Assembly: GCA_036643355.1 (NCBI GenBank)
Contig: JAVXSC010000001.1
Coordinates: forward strand, 62,205-126,204
Direction: 5' to 3'
Source: Myroides sp.
GTDB lineage: Bacteria; Bacteroidota; Bacteroidia; Flavobacteriales; Flavobacteriaceae
Length of the DNA stretch: 64,000 nt
In this document: positions 1 to 10,681 of the stretch, piece by piece
Layout: the number at the start of each line of letters is the position of its first letter
Numbering within the stretch: position 1 is the first letter of the stretch
Program-made: the position numbers and the translations under genes
Notes under the pieces: generated by a model
Told to the model about the DNA's origin: nothing
The model's input: the letters and a program-made list of their open reading frames with translations, nothing else
Databases searched by the model: none

Positions 1-112
1 ACTTTTTTATAATGCACTACGGGTTTTTATATATAAAAAAGAAACATTCTTATTGCAATGAAAGGATACGATTTCAGTAAAATGTGAAACATAAATAATT
101 AGTTCTGATATG

Positions 113-225
113 TTAAAAGAATACTTATATTTGAAATATATAAAGCGAAACAAAGATTAAAAACATTCGCATATCTTGCTATATGGGTATGAAATAGAGT
201 AGAATGTTTTGCTTATATATAAGTT
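113..225 (+). repeat. Promoter plus attI-like leader, copy 1
   Basis: 113-133 is identical to 10682-10702 and contains the -7 box TATATTTG. 169-225 matches 10740-10796 at 56/57. Identity stops right after GTT (223-225). Confidence 0.85.
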
Positions 226-322
226 ACAGGCAAGCGTGGAAAAATGCACTAAAATCACAAAAACGCTTTTCACAGTAATTTAAATAAATCTAACAGTTTT
301 ATGTTTTTAAAAAATTAGACTG

Positions 323-2830
323 ATGCAGTATAATGTCCCCAAACACATTAAAGGTCTCACAACTGAGGAATTAAAAACCTCTCGAAAAAAATTTGGTTTC
401 AATCAAATAGACGCTATTAAAAAAAATGCGTGGTATAGGATGTTGCTCGATATTTTGAAAGAACCAATGCTGCTTTTGCTTATTGCGGTAACAGTTATTT
501 ATATAATAGTTGGCAATTATTCCGAAGCTATTTTTATGTTGGGCGCTATTATTGTCGTTTCTGGCATTTCATTCTATCAAGACAATCGCAGTAAAAAAGC
601 ACTGGAAGCGTTGAAAAAATTGAACGAACCGTTAAGTACTGTTATCAGAGATTCAATCGTGATGCAAATTCCCACAAACGAAATTGCCGTTGGCGATTTA
701 TGCATTGTCGAAGAAGGAAAAATGATTAGTGCTGATGGCGAAATTGTGCACAGCAATGATTTTTCAGTTAATGAAGCCTCACTAACAGGTGAAAGTTTTT
801 CAGTATTTAAAAGTCAAGAAACCGAAGATAGAAAAATATATAGCGGAACGCTGGTAGTATCTGGTTTGGCCATCTTTAATGTAGAGAAAATTGGAGCAGA
901 AACCAAACTAGGGAAAATCAGTCAATCCATTCAAGATATCAAAGAAGTTCATTCGCCACTGCAAATTCAGATTACCAAATTTGTAAAGGGAATGGCGATT
1001 ATTGGTGTTATCGTGTTTCTGATGGTTTGGGGATTTAGTTACTGGAAATCAGGAGATATCATACAAAGTTTACTCGCTGGATTAACCTTGGCCATGTCTG
1101 TGCTTCCAGAAGAAATCCCTGTAGCCTTTACTACTTTTATGGCTTTAGGTGCCTGGAAATTAATGAGTGAAGGTGTGATAATTAAACGTAGTAGTGTGGT
1201 CGAAACATTGGGCAGTACTACAGTGATCTGTACGGACAAAACGGGAACTATTACTGAAAACTCCATGCGACTGAAACTTTTATTTGATTACAAATCAAAC
1301 AAGGTTTTTGAGGATACGCAATTCAATACACCTGAGCTTTCAGAGCTTATTCGTTTCGCTATGTGGAGTAGTGAACCCATTCCGTTTGATCCCATGGAAA
1401 AAACACTGCATCAAATTTATGAGCAAACACAATCCAATGATGAGCGGAAGAATTTTCAAATGATACACGAATATCCATTAGAAGGGAAACCTCCAATGAT
1501 GACGCATCTTTTTGAAAATAGTTTAGGTGAAAGAATTATTGCAGCCAAAGGTGCGCCCGAAGCCATTCTTGCCGTTTCTAATCTTACGGAAAGCGAGAAG
1601 GACAATTTACGACAACATATCATCAATTTCGGAGCGCAAGGGTACCGAGTACTGGGCGTGGCTAAATGTAATTTTGAAGGCAATCACTTTCCTGAAAAAC
1701 AACAAGATTTTTCTTTTGACTTTTTAGGATTCACTGTTTTCTACGATCCACCGAAAGCGAACATTCAAGAAGTATTTAAAAAGATATATGCTGCAGGCAT
1801 CAAGGTAAAAGTCATCACAGGAGACAATGCAGATACAACAAGGGCTATTGCGCATCAAGCAGGAATTATAAACGAAACAGCAGCAGTAAACGGAACCGAT
1901 ATCGTTCATCATACAGAAACCGAATTGATGGAACTTTATAAAAGCACCACACTGTTTACGCGTATGTTCCCCGAGGCAAAATTGGCAATTGTAAACGCTC
2001 TTAAAAAGAACGATGAAGTGGTGGCCATGCTGGGAGATGGCGTGAATGATGCACCTGCTTTGAAAGCAGCTCATATTGGTGTAGCGATGGGAAATAAAGG
2101 AACAGAAATCGCAAAAGCAGCGGCAGCATTGGTTATTGCAAATGATGATTTAGACAAATTGATCACTGGAATAGCGGCTGGAAGAAGAATTTATTCCAAT
2201 CTCAAAAAAGCCATTCAATATATTATATCCATTCATATTCCGATTATTCTAACGGTTTCTTTACCCTTGTTTTTGGGTTGGATATATCCGCATATTTTCA
2301 CACCGGTACATGTTATTTTCTTGGAGCTAATAATGGGGCCAACCTGTTCTATTGTCTATGAAAATGAGCCGATGGAAAAAAATACAATGCTAGAGAAACC
2401 ACGTAAAATGACCGAGACATTCTTGAGCTGGAAAGAATTAAGCATTAGTATTATTCAGGGATTGGCCATTACCGCAGGCGTTCTAACTGCATATCAGTTT
2501 GCTGTACAAAACGGTAGTAATGAAGCAACTACACGTTCAATAGTTTTCACAACTTTAGTGTTTGCAAATGTGTTTTTGAGTATGGTTAATCGCTCATTCA
2601 TTTACAGTGTATTTGATAGTTTTAAAAATAAAAATAGATTGTTCCCATTAATACTTGGAGCATCTTTGGTTTTACTTATTGCAATACTCTATATTCCGCC
2701 ATTCGCTTCTTTCTTTCAATTGAGTAGTATAAATTTCCAGCAATTCTTAATCTCAATTTTAATTGCTGCCGTGTCGGTATTGTGGGTCGAAGTGTATAAA
2801 TGGGTTAAAAGGTTGAAAATAAATAGCTAA
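323..2830 (+). CDS. Cation-translocating P-type ATPase (P2/Ca2+-type like)
   Basis: TGES, PEEIP, DKTGT phosphorylation site, KGAPE, TGD and GDGVND motifs; multiple TM segments. Confidence 0.95.
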   Translation: MQYNVPKHIKGLTTEELKTSRKKFGFNQIDAIKKNAWYRMLLDILKEPMLLLLIAVTVIYIIVGNYSEAIFMLGAIIVVSGISFYQDNRSKKALEALKKLNEPLSTVIRDSIVMQIPTNEIAVGDLCIVEEGKMISADGEIVHSNDFSVNEASLTGESFSVFKSQETEDRKIYSGTLVVSGLAIFNVEKIGAETKLGKISQSIQDIKEVHSPLQIQITKFVKGMAIIGVIVFLMVWGFSYWKSGDIIQSLLAGLTLAMSVLPEEIPVAFTTFMALGAWKLMSEGVIIKRSSVVETLGSTTVICTDKTGTITENSMRLKLLFDYKSNKVFEDTQFNTPELSELIRFAMWSSEPIPFDPMEKTLHQIYEQTQSNDERKNFQMIHEYPLEGKPPMMTHLFENSLGERIIAAKGAPEAILAVSNLTESEKDNLRQHIINFGAQGYRVLGVAKCNFEGNHFPEKQQDFSFDFLGFTVFYDPPKANIQEVFKKIYAAGIKVKVITGDNADTTRAIAHQAGIINETAAVNGTDIVHHTETELMELYKSTTLFTRMFPEAKLAIVNALKKNDEVVAMLGDGVNDAPALKAAHIGVAMGNKGTEIAKAAAALVIANDDLDKLITGIAAGRRIYSNLKKAIQYIISIHIPIILTVSLPLFLGWIYPHIFTPVHVIFLELIMGPTCSIVYENEPMEKNTMLEKPRKMTETFLSWKELSISIIQGLAITAGVLTAYQFAVQNGSNEATTRSIVFTTLVFANVFLSMVNRSFIYSVFDSFKNKNRLFPLILGASLVLLIAILYIPPFASFFQLSSINFQQFLISILIAAVSVLWVEVYKWVKRLKINS

Positions 2831-3044
2831 AATTACACAGTTAACGAAAACGCCAGCCCGTAATCGAGTAGACGGCTCCGCCAGTAACTGACGGAGTGCG
2901 CCTCTCACACCACCGAGCGTACGGGTCACGTACTCGGCGGTTCGCAAAGAGATGGGTTAAGTTGTAAATGTAATTCAGTTAAGGAAACATATCCTCTTTT
3001 CTTCAAGCGTTGTAAAGTAATGGTAGTGCCTAGAATAGGACTTT

Positions 3045-3094
3045 ACTCACGCTTTCTTATTGTTTTTTTTGGTGTTCGTGAATGCAAAGCATTT
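3045..3094. mobile_element. 50-bp insertion 1 in RT ORF (TTT at both junctions)
   Basis: Removal restores AIAQ-SPIL; 42/50 identical to 3721-3770. Confidence 0.85.
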
Positions 3095-3720
3095 GTGCTA
3101 TTGCCCAACCGCCTTTCCGTGTTCTGCTCCAAGCGTAGGCATGGTCTTGGTCTACACCTAATCGAATCAGGTTTTTCCTTTTCCTTTCGGGTTTTTTCCA
3201 ATGATGCCAAATGCAATAGCGCAGTCGGTTGCGAAGCCAACCATCTAAATCTCGTAATTTGCCCAAAATACTCGTGCCTTGGAAATAGTTCAACCATCCG
3301 CGTTGCACTTCTTTTATCTTGGCAATACGCTCTTCAAATGTGGCTGGTGTGGTTTTTCGGGTGATTGTTTTAAGTCGTTCTTTTAGTTTCTTCCATGCTT
3401 TTTCCGATACAATGAGTTGATACTTGTTCTTGCTTCCTTTCTCGTACGTAGGTGCAAATCCAAAACCCAAAATTGTGAAGTGGATTGGTTTTCTGATACC
3501 GCTCTTTTCTTCATTTATAGTTAATTTGAGTTTGTTTTTCAAAAACTTTTCAATTACCACTCTTGTAGCTTTAGCTTGATTGTGGCTTTTACAATAGATA
3601 CTAAAATCATCCGCATAACGTACAAATTTGTGTCCTCTTCGAGTCATTTCCTTATCCAATTGATGCAGTAAAATGTTCGACAATAATGGACTTAAAGGGC
3701 TTCCTTGCGGAACGCCTTTT

Positions 3721-3770
3721 ACTCACGCGTTTATATTTGTTTTTTTTGTATTCGTGAATGCAGAGCATTT
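3721..3770. mobile_element. 50-bp insertion 2 in RT ORF (TTT at both junctions)
   Basis: Removal restores KRR-KGVPQG; 42/50 identical to 3045-3094. Confidence 0.85.
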
Positions 3771-5089
3771 CTTCTCTTTCGTAGCTTTCCGTTGATTTTA
3801 ATAGGTGCTCTGAGCCATTTGCGTATGAGTTGCATGGTAGCATTGCATTTCACTTTTTGATAGATTAAATTCAGTAATAAACAGTGGTCAACTTCATCAA
3901 AGAAGTTTTTCAGGTCAATATCCACAATGTGGTTTAATCCTGAATGGATGTAATCCCGAGATTGTCCAACGGCTTGTCGGGCATTCTTGTGAGGTCTAAA
4001 TCCATAGCTGTAACTACTAAATTCGGGCTCAAAAAGTGGTGCAATAGTTTGTGCTAAGGCTTGTTGCAACACACGTTCTGTAGTGGTGGGAACACCCAAT
4101 AATCGAGTTTTCCCATTTCCTTTCGGAATTTCAATACCTAAAATGGGTTGTACTTGGTAGTTGCCTTGTTTGATTGCTTCAATCAGTTGTAGTTTCTTTT
4201 CAGAAAACACCTTGCGGAGCTCTCTTATAGAAACACCATCAACACCCGCACTGCCTTTATTGGCAATCACGTGTTCCAATGCTCTTTGAAGATTAAACGG
4301 TTGTACTACTCTAGTTATCATTTTAGTTGTTTTAAACTGTTTTCGTTAAGTAGGGCTACTATACGTTCCCTTACCTATTGAAAACCTCTTTACGTTCAGT
4401 CCTTCCTTGTTTGTGAGACCTATGCAGTTTCTATTTGCACCTCGTTTAACCTCAAGTACTATGACCTCTGCTGACTTCTTGGCTTGATTAACTCGTAACC
4501 ACCAAGACCTCCCCTGGTAAATGCTTTTTCCTTCCGTCTATCGCCGGTACATCTACATAACAATAATCTGATTTAATAGCATGTTCAGAACACTGTTTTG
4601 GACTTCGTATTGCTGTGGATACTCATCCTTATTGCTATGCCTCTTATGTACTTTCTGTTCGTCGGTACAGACTTTTGCAGTTTACCCACCCGCCTGCTGG
4701 CTCATTCGCTAAAAATGTCCACTGGACATTTTCTTTACGCTCTGCCCTCTTCAGTGCATACCTCACGATAAACCACCTTACAGCTTGCTAACGATTCGGG
4801 GTTTCAATCCGCTCGTAAGGGACTTGCACCCTCTGGAAAAATAACACCCCGAAAACTTGGTTCATAAAACTAAATTTGTATTTTTGAACTATTTGAAAAG
4901 CTTTCGGGGTGTGTCCTGCATATGCAGGGCACACACAGGCGTTTGGCTCAATGGCGGGTTAAGTGGTTAATTGAACATTCTACCTCGCATCAACTTTTGT
5001 GGTGTATTGACAGTTTTGTGCTCCGAAATCCGCCACTGCGCCAAGCGCCAAAACGTTAGCTGTAATGCTCCAAAAAAAATGTTCCAAAA

Positions 5090-5971
5090 ATGAAAGAGTA
5101 CGAAAGTATAGAAGAAACATTGCTATTTTACGGAGTAAAAGTCTGTGAGCCTTATTATATCTCCACAGGAAAGGAAATTTTAAAATTTCCTGAAAGGCCG
5201 TTCCGTATGGATTTTTATGCCTTTTGCATCTGTATTTCCGGATATATTGATTTAGAAATAGACAACAAAAAATTCACCGTCTCGCAAAATGGTTTTCTGG
5301 TTTCTGCACCGTCCACGGTAGTTCGATTTTTGTCACATTCAAAAAATTTCAGGATGAAACTGCTGTTTTTTGACAAAAATTTTCTGCTTAAAAATATATC
5401 TAACCCGTTTTTCATCGAAGGGCTCAATTTGTTTTCCGATTCCAATTTTACAGTGACTTCGTCTGATAAAGAACAATCTACACGTTTAATCCTGCTGCTC
5501 CAATATCTTGAACAGCAAACAGAACGAAAAAATCATCGTCTAAAAGATGTTATCCGCACTATCATTATCAATCTGCTTTTGGAAATCAGTATCGTCATAG
5601 AAACCGAAAACAAACAGAGCATTAAAAACGCTCTTTCTGACCCCAACAATATTTATCAGAAATTTAAAAATTTAGTTCAGGAAAACGTATTGTCGCACCG
5701 GGGCGTACAATTCTATGCTGAAAAATTATATATCAGCAACAAGCATCTTATAGAAATCATAAAAAAACACTCCGGCAAAACGCCTCATGTCATGATAGAT
5801 GAAACACTGATTAAAATTACCTACGTGTTGTTAGGAAATCCAGAAAAAACAATCTCTGAAATTGCCTTTGAATTGGGATTCAGTTCTACGTCAGCCTTCG
5901 GAAGATTTTTTAAAAAACAAGTGGGCATTTCACCACAGGAATTCCGAAACCAGCTCGCTATCAAAAAGTAA
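5090..5971 (+). CDS. AraC family transcriptional regulator
   Basis: C-terminal ISEIAFELGFSSTSAFGRFFKKQVGISP double-HTH signature. Confidence 0.93.
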   Translation: MKEYESIEETLLFYGVKVCEPYYISTGKEILKFPERPFRMDFYAFCICISGYIDLEIDNKKFTVSQNGFLVSAPSTVVRFLSHSKNFRMKLLFFDKNFLLKNISNPFFIEGLNLFSDSNFTVTSSDKEQSTRLILLLQYLEQQTERKNHRLKDVIRTIIINLLLEISIVIETENKQSIKNALSDPNNIYQKFKNLVQENVLSHRGVQFYAEKLYISNKHLIEIIKKHSGKTPHVMIDETLIKITYVLLGNPEKTISEIAFELGFSSTSAFGRFFKKQVGISPQEFRNQLAIKK

Positions 5972-6056
5972 AAAAGGGTATATAAATCCTGAATTTCAGG
6001 ATACCTAACGATTGTAGCATTTCCTAACTTTAAGTAGAATTTAAAATATAATAACT

Positions 6057-7826
6057 ATGTATTATAGTAATGGAAATTATGAAGCATTTGCCCGTCCTCT
6101 GAAACCGGATGGCGTGGACGAAAAATCAGCTTATCTTATCGGATCCGGATTAGCATCTCTTGCCGCCGCAACCTTCCTGGTGCGTGATGCCCAAATGAAA
6201 GGCAATAGGATCCATATTTTGGAAGAGCTTGCCCTTCCCGGTGGCAGTATGGACGGCATCTGGAACGAGCAGAAGGGCTACATCATTCGTGGCGGCCGGG
6301 AAATGGAAATACATTTTGAAACATTGTGGGATTTGTTCCGCTCCATTCCGTCTTTAGAGACAGAGGGCGTTTCTGTCCTGGACGAATTTTATTGGTTGAA
6401 TAAAAAAGATCCAAGTTTTTCCCATGCACGTCTGATAGAAAAACAAGGACAGAGGGTTGCTTCCGATGGAAAACTTACTTTATCTCAAAAAGCCATTCAG
6501 GAACTGATAGAATTATTTCTGACCCCGGAAGAAAAACTACAGGATGTAAAGATTAATGAGGTTTTTACAGACGAATTTTTCAAATCCAATTTCTGGGCGT
6601 ATTGGGCAACGATGTTTGCGTTTGAGCCTTGGGCAAGTGCGATGGAAATGCGCCGTTATTTGCTGCGTTTTATTCATCATGTGGGACATGTTGCCGATAT
6701 GTCCTCTCTTCGTTTTACCAAGTATAACCAATACGAATCACTGATTAAACCTTTGGTGAAATATTTGGAAAGTCACGGTGTGCGATTCCAATATAACACT
6801 CAAGTGCAAAATGTAATTATAGATCATATCGACGGTAAAAAAGTTGCAAAAAAAATAGAACTTGTCCAAGACGGAAAAGCAGAGACAATCAGCCTTACAG
6901 AAAATGATTTGGTGTTTATTACCAATGGTTCTATCACGGAAAACAGCACATATGGCGATAACCATACCCCTGCTCCTGTAAAACATACTATCGGTGGAAG
7001 TTGGCAATTATGGAAAAATATCGCACAACAGGATACGGACTTTGGTAGGCCTGAAAAATTCTGTGAAAACATTCCCGAAGCAAACTGGGTTATTTCCGGT
7101 AGCATTACCTTTTCCGACAACAGAGTGGTTCCTTACATTGAAAAAATATGCAAAAAAGATCCGCTTAGTGGTTCCATCGTTACCAGCGGACCTGTAACCA
7201 TTCAAGACTCCAATTGGTGGTATGGTTTCTCTATCAGTCGCCAACCGCATTTTAAAATCCAAAAAAGCAATGAGTTGATCGTTTGGGTATATGGTTTATA
7301 TTCAGATAAATCAGGGAATTTCGTTCACAAAAAAATTACAGAGTGTACCGGAATAGAACTTTGTGAAGAATTGCTGTATCATTTGGGTGTTCCTGAAACA
7401 GAAATAAGCGAAATAGCGGCAAGTGCCAATACCATTCCTTGTCGTATGCCTTATATTACGACGTATTTTATGCCGCGTGCACTGGGTGACCGCCCATTGG
7501 TTGTACCCAAAAACTCGGTAAACCTGGCTTTCATCGGAAACTATGCTGAGACAGAAAAAGATACTGTTTTTACTACCGAATACTCCGTGCGTACCGCCAT
7601 GGAAGCAGTTTATACCCTATTAAACGTGGACAGAGGTGTACCGGAAGTATTTGCTTCGTCTTTCGACATCCGGGTATTGTTAAAATCCATTTATTACCTG
7701 AATGATGAAAAAGGATTAAAGGATATCAAATTGCCTTGGCTCATTTCTATTTTAGAAAAATATGGTCTCAAAAAAATAGAAGGCACCTATTTGGAAGAAC
7801 TTCTGAAAGAATCTCAATTAATCTAA
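6057..7826 (+). CDS. ohyA: Oleate hydratase (myosin-cross-reactive antigen family)
   Basis: [15 protein letters not shown]-terminus, GSGLAS FAD motif, [21 protein letters not shown]. Confidence 0.93.
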   Translation: MYYSNGNYEAFARPLKPDGVDEKSAYLIGSGLASLAAATFLVRDAQMKGNRIHILEELALPGGSMDGIWNEQKGYIIRGGREMEIHFETLWDLFRSIPSLETEGVSVLDEFYWLNKKDPSFSHARLIEKQGQRVASDGKLTLSQKAIQELIELFLTPEEKLQDVKINEVFTDEFFKSNFWAYWATMFAFEPWASAMEMRRYLLRFIHHVGHVADMSSLRFTKYNQYESLIKPLVKYLESHGVRFQYNTQVQNVIIDHIDGKKVAKKIELVQDGKAETISLTENDLVFITNGSITENSTYGDNHTPAPVKHTIGGSWQLWKNIAQQDTDFGRPEKFCENIPEANWVISGSITFSDNRVVPYIEKICKKDPLSGSIVTSGPVTIQDSNWWYGFSISRQPHFKIQKSNELIVWVYGLYSDKSGNFVHKKITECTGIELCEELLYHLGVPETEISEIAASANTIPCRMPYITTYFMPRALGDRPLVVPKNSVNLAFIGNYAETEKDTVFTTEYSVRTAMEAVYTLLNVDRGVPEVFASSFDIRVLLKSIYYLNDEKGLKDIKLPWLISILEKYGLKKIEGTYLEELLKESQLI

Positions 7827-7840
7827 ATTTTTAAAATAAA

Positions 7841-9436
7841 ATGAGTACAAATAATTCCGAAAGACACGCATATTTCGTTGGTGGAGGATTGGCAAGTTTG
7901 TCAGGTGCAGTTTACCTTGTGGAAGACGGCGGATTCAAAGGAGAAAATATCCATATCATTGAAGCACTGCCTATTTTAGGCGGAAGCAACGATGGTGCCG
8001 GCTCCAAAGAAAAGGGCTTCATCTGCCGTGGCGGGAGAATGCTGAATGAAGAAACCTATGAAAATTTTTGGGACTTGACCTCCAGAATTCCTTCTTTGGA
8101 AGTGCCCAATATTTCGGTAAAAGATGAGATTTTGGCTTTCGACCACGCCAATCCTACGCACGCCCATGCACGCCTGATTGACAAAGACGGAAACCGCCTG
8201 CATGTAACCGATATGGACTTTAATACGCAGGATAGGATGAAATTCCTGAAACTTTTCTTTGCAGACGAAAACGATTTGGACAATGTTACGATCCGCGACT
8301 GGTTCGATGACCATTTCTTCACCACCAATTTTTGGTATATGTGGCAAACTACGTTTGCTTGGCAGGAATGGAGCAGTATTTTCGAGTTTCAACGTTACAT
8401 GAAACGGATGCTGTTGGAATTTTCCCGCATCGAAACATTGGAAGGTGTTACCCGTACGCCCTACAACCAATACGAATCCGTGATTTTGCCTTTGAAAAAA
8501 TTCCTCGACAAATACAACGTGGATTTTTCTTTAAGAAAAACCGTTACCGACCTCAATTTCAAAGAGGGCGACGGCATTACCGTTTCTGAAATTGTATGTG
8601 AAAACGCTGAAGGAAATACTGAAAAAATTACGGTAAACGAAGACGATTTGGTATTTTTTACCAACGGCTGCATTACGGACAATTCCGACAATGGCGATTA
8701 CAAAACACCCGCAAAATACCTTCCGGGCAATCCGCCAAGTTTTGCATTGTGGCGTAAAATAGCCGACAAAAAACCGGGCAAACTCGGTAATCCCGATCCG
8801 TTTTTTACCAAACCGGATGAGACCAAATGGTATTCGTTTACCCCTACTTTCAAGGGCAACAAAATGCTTCAATTGATTGAGCAATATAGCGGTAACAAAC
8901 CCGGAAGTGGCGCATTGATGACCTTTAAAGATTCTTCGTGGAGAATGTCGATTGTGGTAGCGGCCCAACCGCATTTTAAAGCACAGGGCGATGATATGAC
9001 CATACTTTGGGGGTACGGTTTGTATCCGGATGCGATTGGAGATTTTATAAAAAAAACGATGATTGACTGTACCGGCGAAGAAATTCTGACCGAGCTTATC
9101 CACCACCTGCATTTTGAAAAATACGAGCAGGAGATAAAAGACAGCGTTATCGACGTCATTCCTTGTATGATGCCATATATCGACGCATTATTCCAGCCAA
9201 GAGCCAAAGCAGACCGTCCGGCTGTGGTGCCGGAAGGAAGTACCAATCTGGCACTTATCAGTCAGTTTGTGGAAATTCCGGAAGATATGGTTTTTACCGA
9301 AGAATATTCGGTACGGGCTGCAAGGACAGCCGTTTACACGCTTTTAAATTTAGATAAGAAAGTCACTCCCGTAACAGAATATTGGAAACGCCCCGATGTG
9401 TTGGCAAAAGCCATTCATACATCTTATAGAAGTTAA
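7841..9436 (+). CDS. Second oleate hydratase, short-N-terminus type
   Basis: GGGLAS, RGGRMLN, YNQYES, FTEEYSVR. Confidence 0.9.
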   Translation: MSTNNSERHAYFVGGGLASLSGAVYLVEDGGFKGENIHIIEALPILGGSNDGAGSKEKGFICRGGRMLNEETYENFWDLTSRIPSLEVPNISVKDEILAFDHANPTHAHARLIDKDGNRLHVTDMDFNTQDRMKFLKLFFADENDLDNVTIRDWFDDHFFTTNFWYMWQTTFAWQEWSSIFEFQRYMKRMLLEFSRIETLEGVTRTPYNQYESVILPLKKFLDKYNVDFSLRKTVTDLNFKEGDGITVSEIVCENAEGNTEKITVNEDDLVFFTNGCITDNSDNGDYKTPAKYLPGNPPSFALWRKIADKKPGKLGNPDPFFTKPDETKWYSFTPTFKGNKMLQLIEQYSGNKPGSGALMTFKDSSWRMSIVVAAQPHFKAQGDDMTILWGYGLYPDAIGDFIKKTMIDCTGEEILTELIHHLHFEKYEQEIKDSVIDVIPCMMPYIDALFQPRAKADRPAVVPEGSTNLALISQFVEIPEDMVFTEEYSVRAARTAVYTLLNLDKKVTPVTEYWKRPDVLAKAIHTSYRS

Positions 9437-9454
9437 CAAATAAATAAAAATACA

Positions 9455-10354
9455 ATGATAACATTTAAAAATGTAACCGTGGCAGGAAGTGGTGTTTTGG
9501 GTTACCAAATTGCTTTCCAGACAGCTTTTTACGGTTTTAATGTAACCGTTTACGACATCAATGATGAGGTATTGGAAAAAGCCAAAGCGAAATTTGATAT
9601 TTTGGCGGAATCGTATAAAAAAGATTTGAAGGCAACGGAAGAACAGCTTGCAGCCACTAAAGCAAATTTGCAATACAATTCCAATTTGGCAGAAGCGGTG
9701 CAAGATGCCGATTTGCTTATCGAAGCCGTTCCGGAAAATCCGCAGATTAAAATCGGGTTCTACGAACAGTTGGCGAAAGTAGCACCCGCTAAAACTGTTT
9801 TTGCGACCAACTCTTCCACTATGCTACCAAGCCAGTTTGCCGAATATACAGGTCGTCCTGCACAATTCGTAGCCTTACACTTTGCCAATGAAATCTGGAA
9901 ACACAATACCGGAGAAGTGATGAAACATCCCGGTACTTCAGACGAAACATTTAATTCCGTTTTAGAATTTGCCAAACAAATCGGAATGGTGGCATTGCCA
10001 ATATACAAAGAGCAGCCGGGATATATCGTAAATTCCTTATTGGTACCGCTTTTGAGTGCTGCGTTGGATTTGTATGTGAACGAAGTGGCAGATGTGGAAA
10101 CCATCGACAAAACATGGATGGTCGCAACCGGTGCACCAGTTGGACCATTTGGTATTTTGGATGTGGTAGGCGTTACTACTGCATACAACATCAATAAAAT
10201 GGCCGCTGATAAAACACAGAATCCTACAAAAATAAAAGCGGCGGCGATGTTGAAAGAAAACTACATCGATAAAAACAAACTTGGTGTAGCCACTGGAGAA
10301 GGTTTCTATAAATACCCGAATCCAGCTTATTGGGAAAAAAACTTTCTGAAGTAA
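9455..10354 (+). CDS. 3-hydroxyacyl-CoA dehydrogenase
   Basis: GSGVLG Rossmann motif, EAVPE, ATNSS, LHF, GPF..LD.VG, G.GFY.Y. Confidence 0.92.
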   Translation: MITFKNVTVAGSGVLGYQIAFQTAFYGFNVTVYDINDEVLEKAKAKFDILAESYKKDLKATEEQLAATKANLQYNSNLAEAVQDADLLIEAVPENPQIKIGFYEQLAKVAPAKTVFATNSSTMLPSQFAEYTGRPAQFVALHFANEIWKHNTGEVMKHPGTSDETFNSVLEFAKQIGMVALPIYKEQPGYIVNSLLVPLLSAALDLYVNEVADVETIDKTWMVATGAPVGPFGILDVVGVTTAYNINKMAADKTQNPTKIKAAAMLKENYIDKNKLGVATGEGFYKYPNPAYWEKNFLK

Positions 10355-10378
10355 TTTTTCTGAAAGATCAATATATTG

Positions 10379-10415
10379 AAACGCTCTTTTTTTCTGTTAA
10401 GAAAGAGCGTTTTTT
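10379..10415 (+). terminator. Intrinsic terminator
   Basis: AAACGCTCTTT...AAAGAGCGTTT followed by a T run. Confidence 0.8.
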
Positions 10416-10437
10416 GTATGCTGATAAGCACTACAGC

Positions 10438-10613
10438 TAATAACTAAGCTTTAGCTTCGCTCTGTTCGGGCAAAGCCCTGGGGTCGTCTTGTCTGGAAGA
10501 CAAGAGATGAAAGCCCGTTGAACGGAACCGGAGTAGCTTAATACGTATTATGGAGTTTTCAAAGTGTAGCTTTAAGACATACTAGCAGTAATTTTACGAT
10601 TACTGCTTTTTTT
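10438..10613 (+). repeat. 176-bp structured trailer repeat, copy 1, ending in a terminator
   Basis: 6 mismatches versus 11446-11621; several internal stems; AGCAGTAAT/ATTACTGCT hairpin plus T run. Confidence 0.92.
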
Positions 10614-10681
10614 GTGATTAAAATTGTTTACTTTGTGCTGATCATTTACATCTTAATTATTAAATACCTTTTAGCAAGATT

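Larger units (their letters stand above)
2926..4321 (-). pseudogene. ltrA: Group II intron reverse transcriptase/maturase, frameshifted by two 50-bp insertions
   Basis: RT motifs IPK..GKTRLLGVP, SYGFRP, DLKNFFD, GVPQGSPLSP, RYADD. Segments 4321-3771, 3720-3095 and 3044-2926 total 1296 nt, one 431-aa ORF. Confidence 0.92.
2863..4934 (-). mobile_element. Group II intron, class IIC (attC-targeting type)
   Basis: Minus-strand 5' end GTGTGCCC at 4934, 3' end CTACTCGAT at 2863, short domain V with CGC triad (CCGCCGAGTACG..CGTACGCTCGGTGG, about 2910-2940), internal RT ORF without endonuclease domain. Confidence 0.92.
2856..5068 (+). other. attC-like hairpin site split by a group II intron (halves 2856-2862 and 4935-5068)
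   Basis: Removing the intron gives GCCCGTAAC-A-GGCGTTTGGC..TGGCGG...CCGCCA..GCCAAGCGCC-AAAAC-GTTAGC, about 124 nt from AAC to GTT, between two co-oriented genes. Confidence 0.75.

Noticed and set aside
3045-3770. Two near-identical repeats plus an RT read as a diversity-generating retroelement
   Set aside because: The RT lies within clear group IIC intron boundaries, the repeats interrupt the RT itself, and the mismatches are not limited to adenines.
3020-3843. Short ORFs overlapping the intron RT region
   Set aside because: Alternative frames or antisense of the frameshifted RT.
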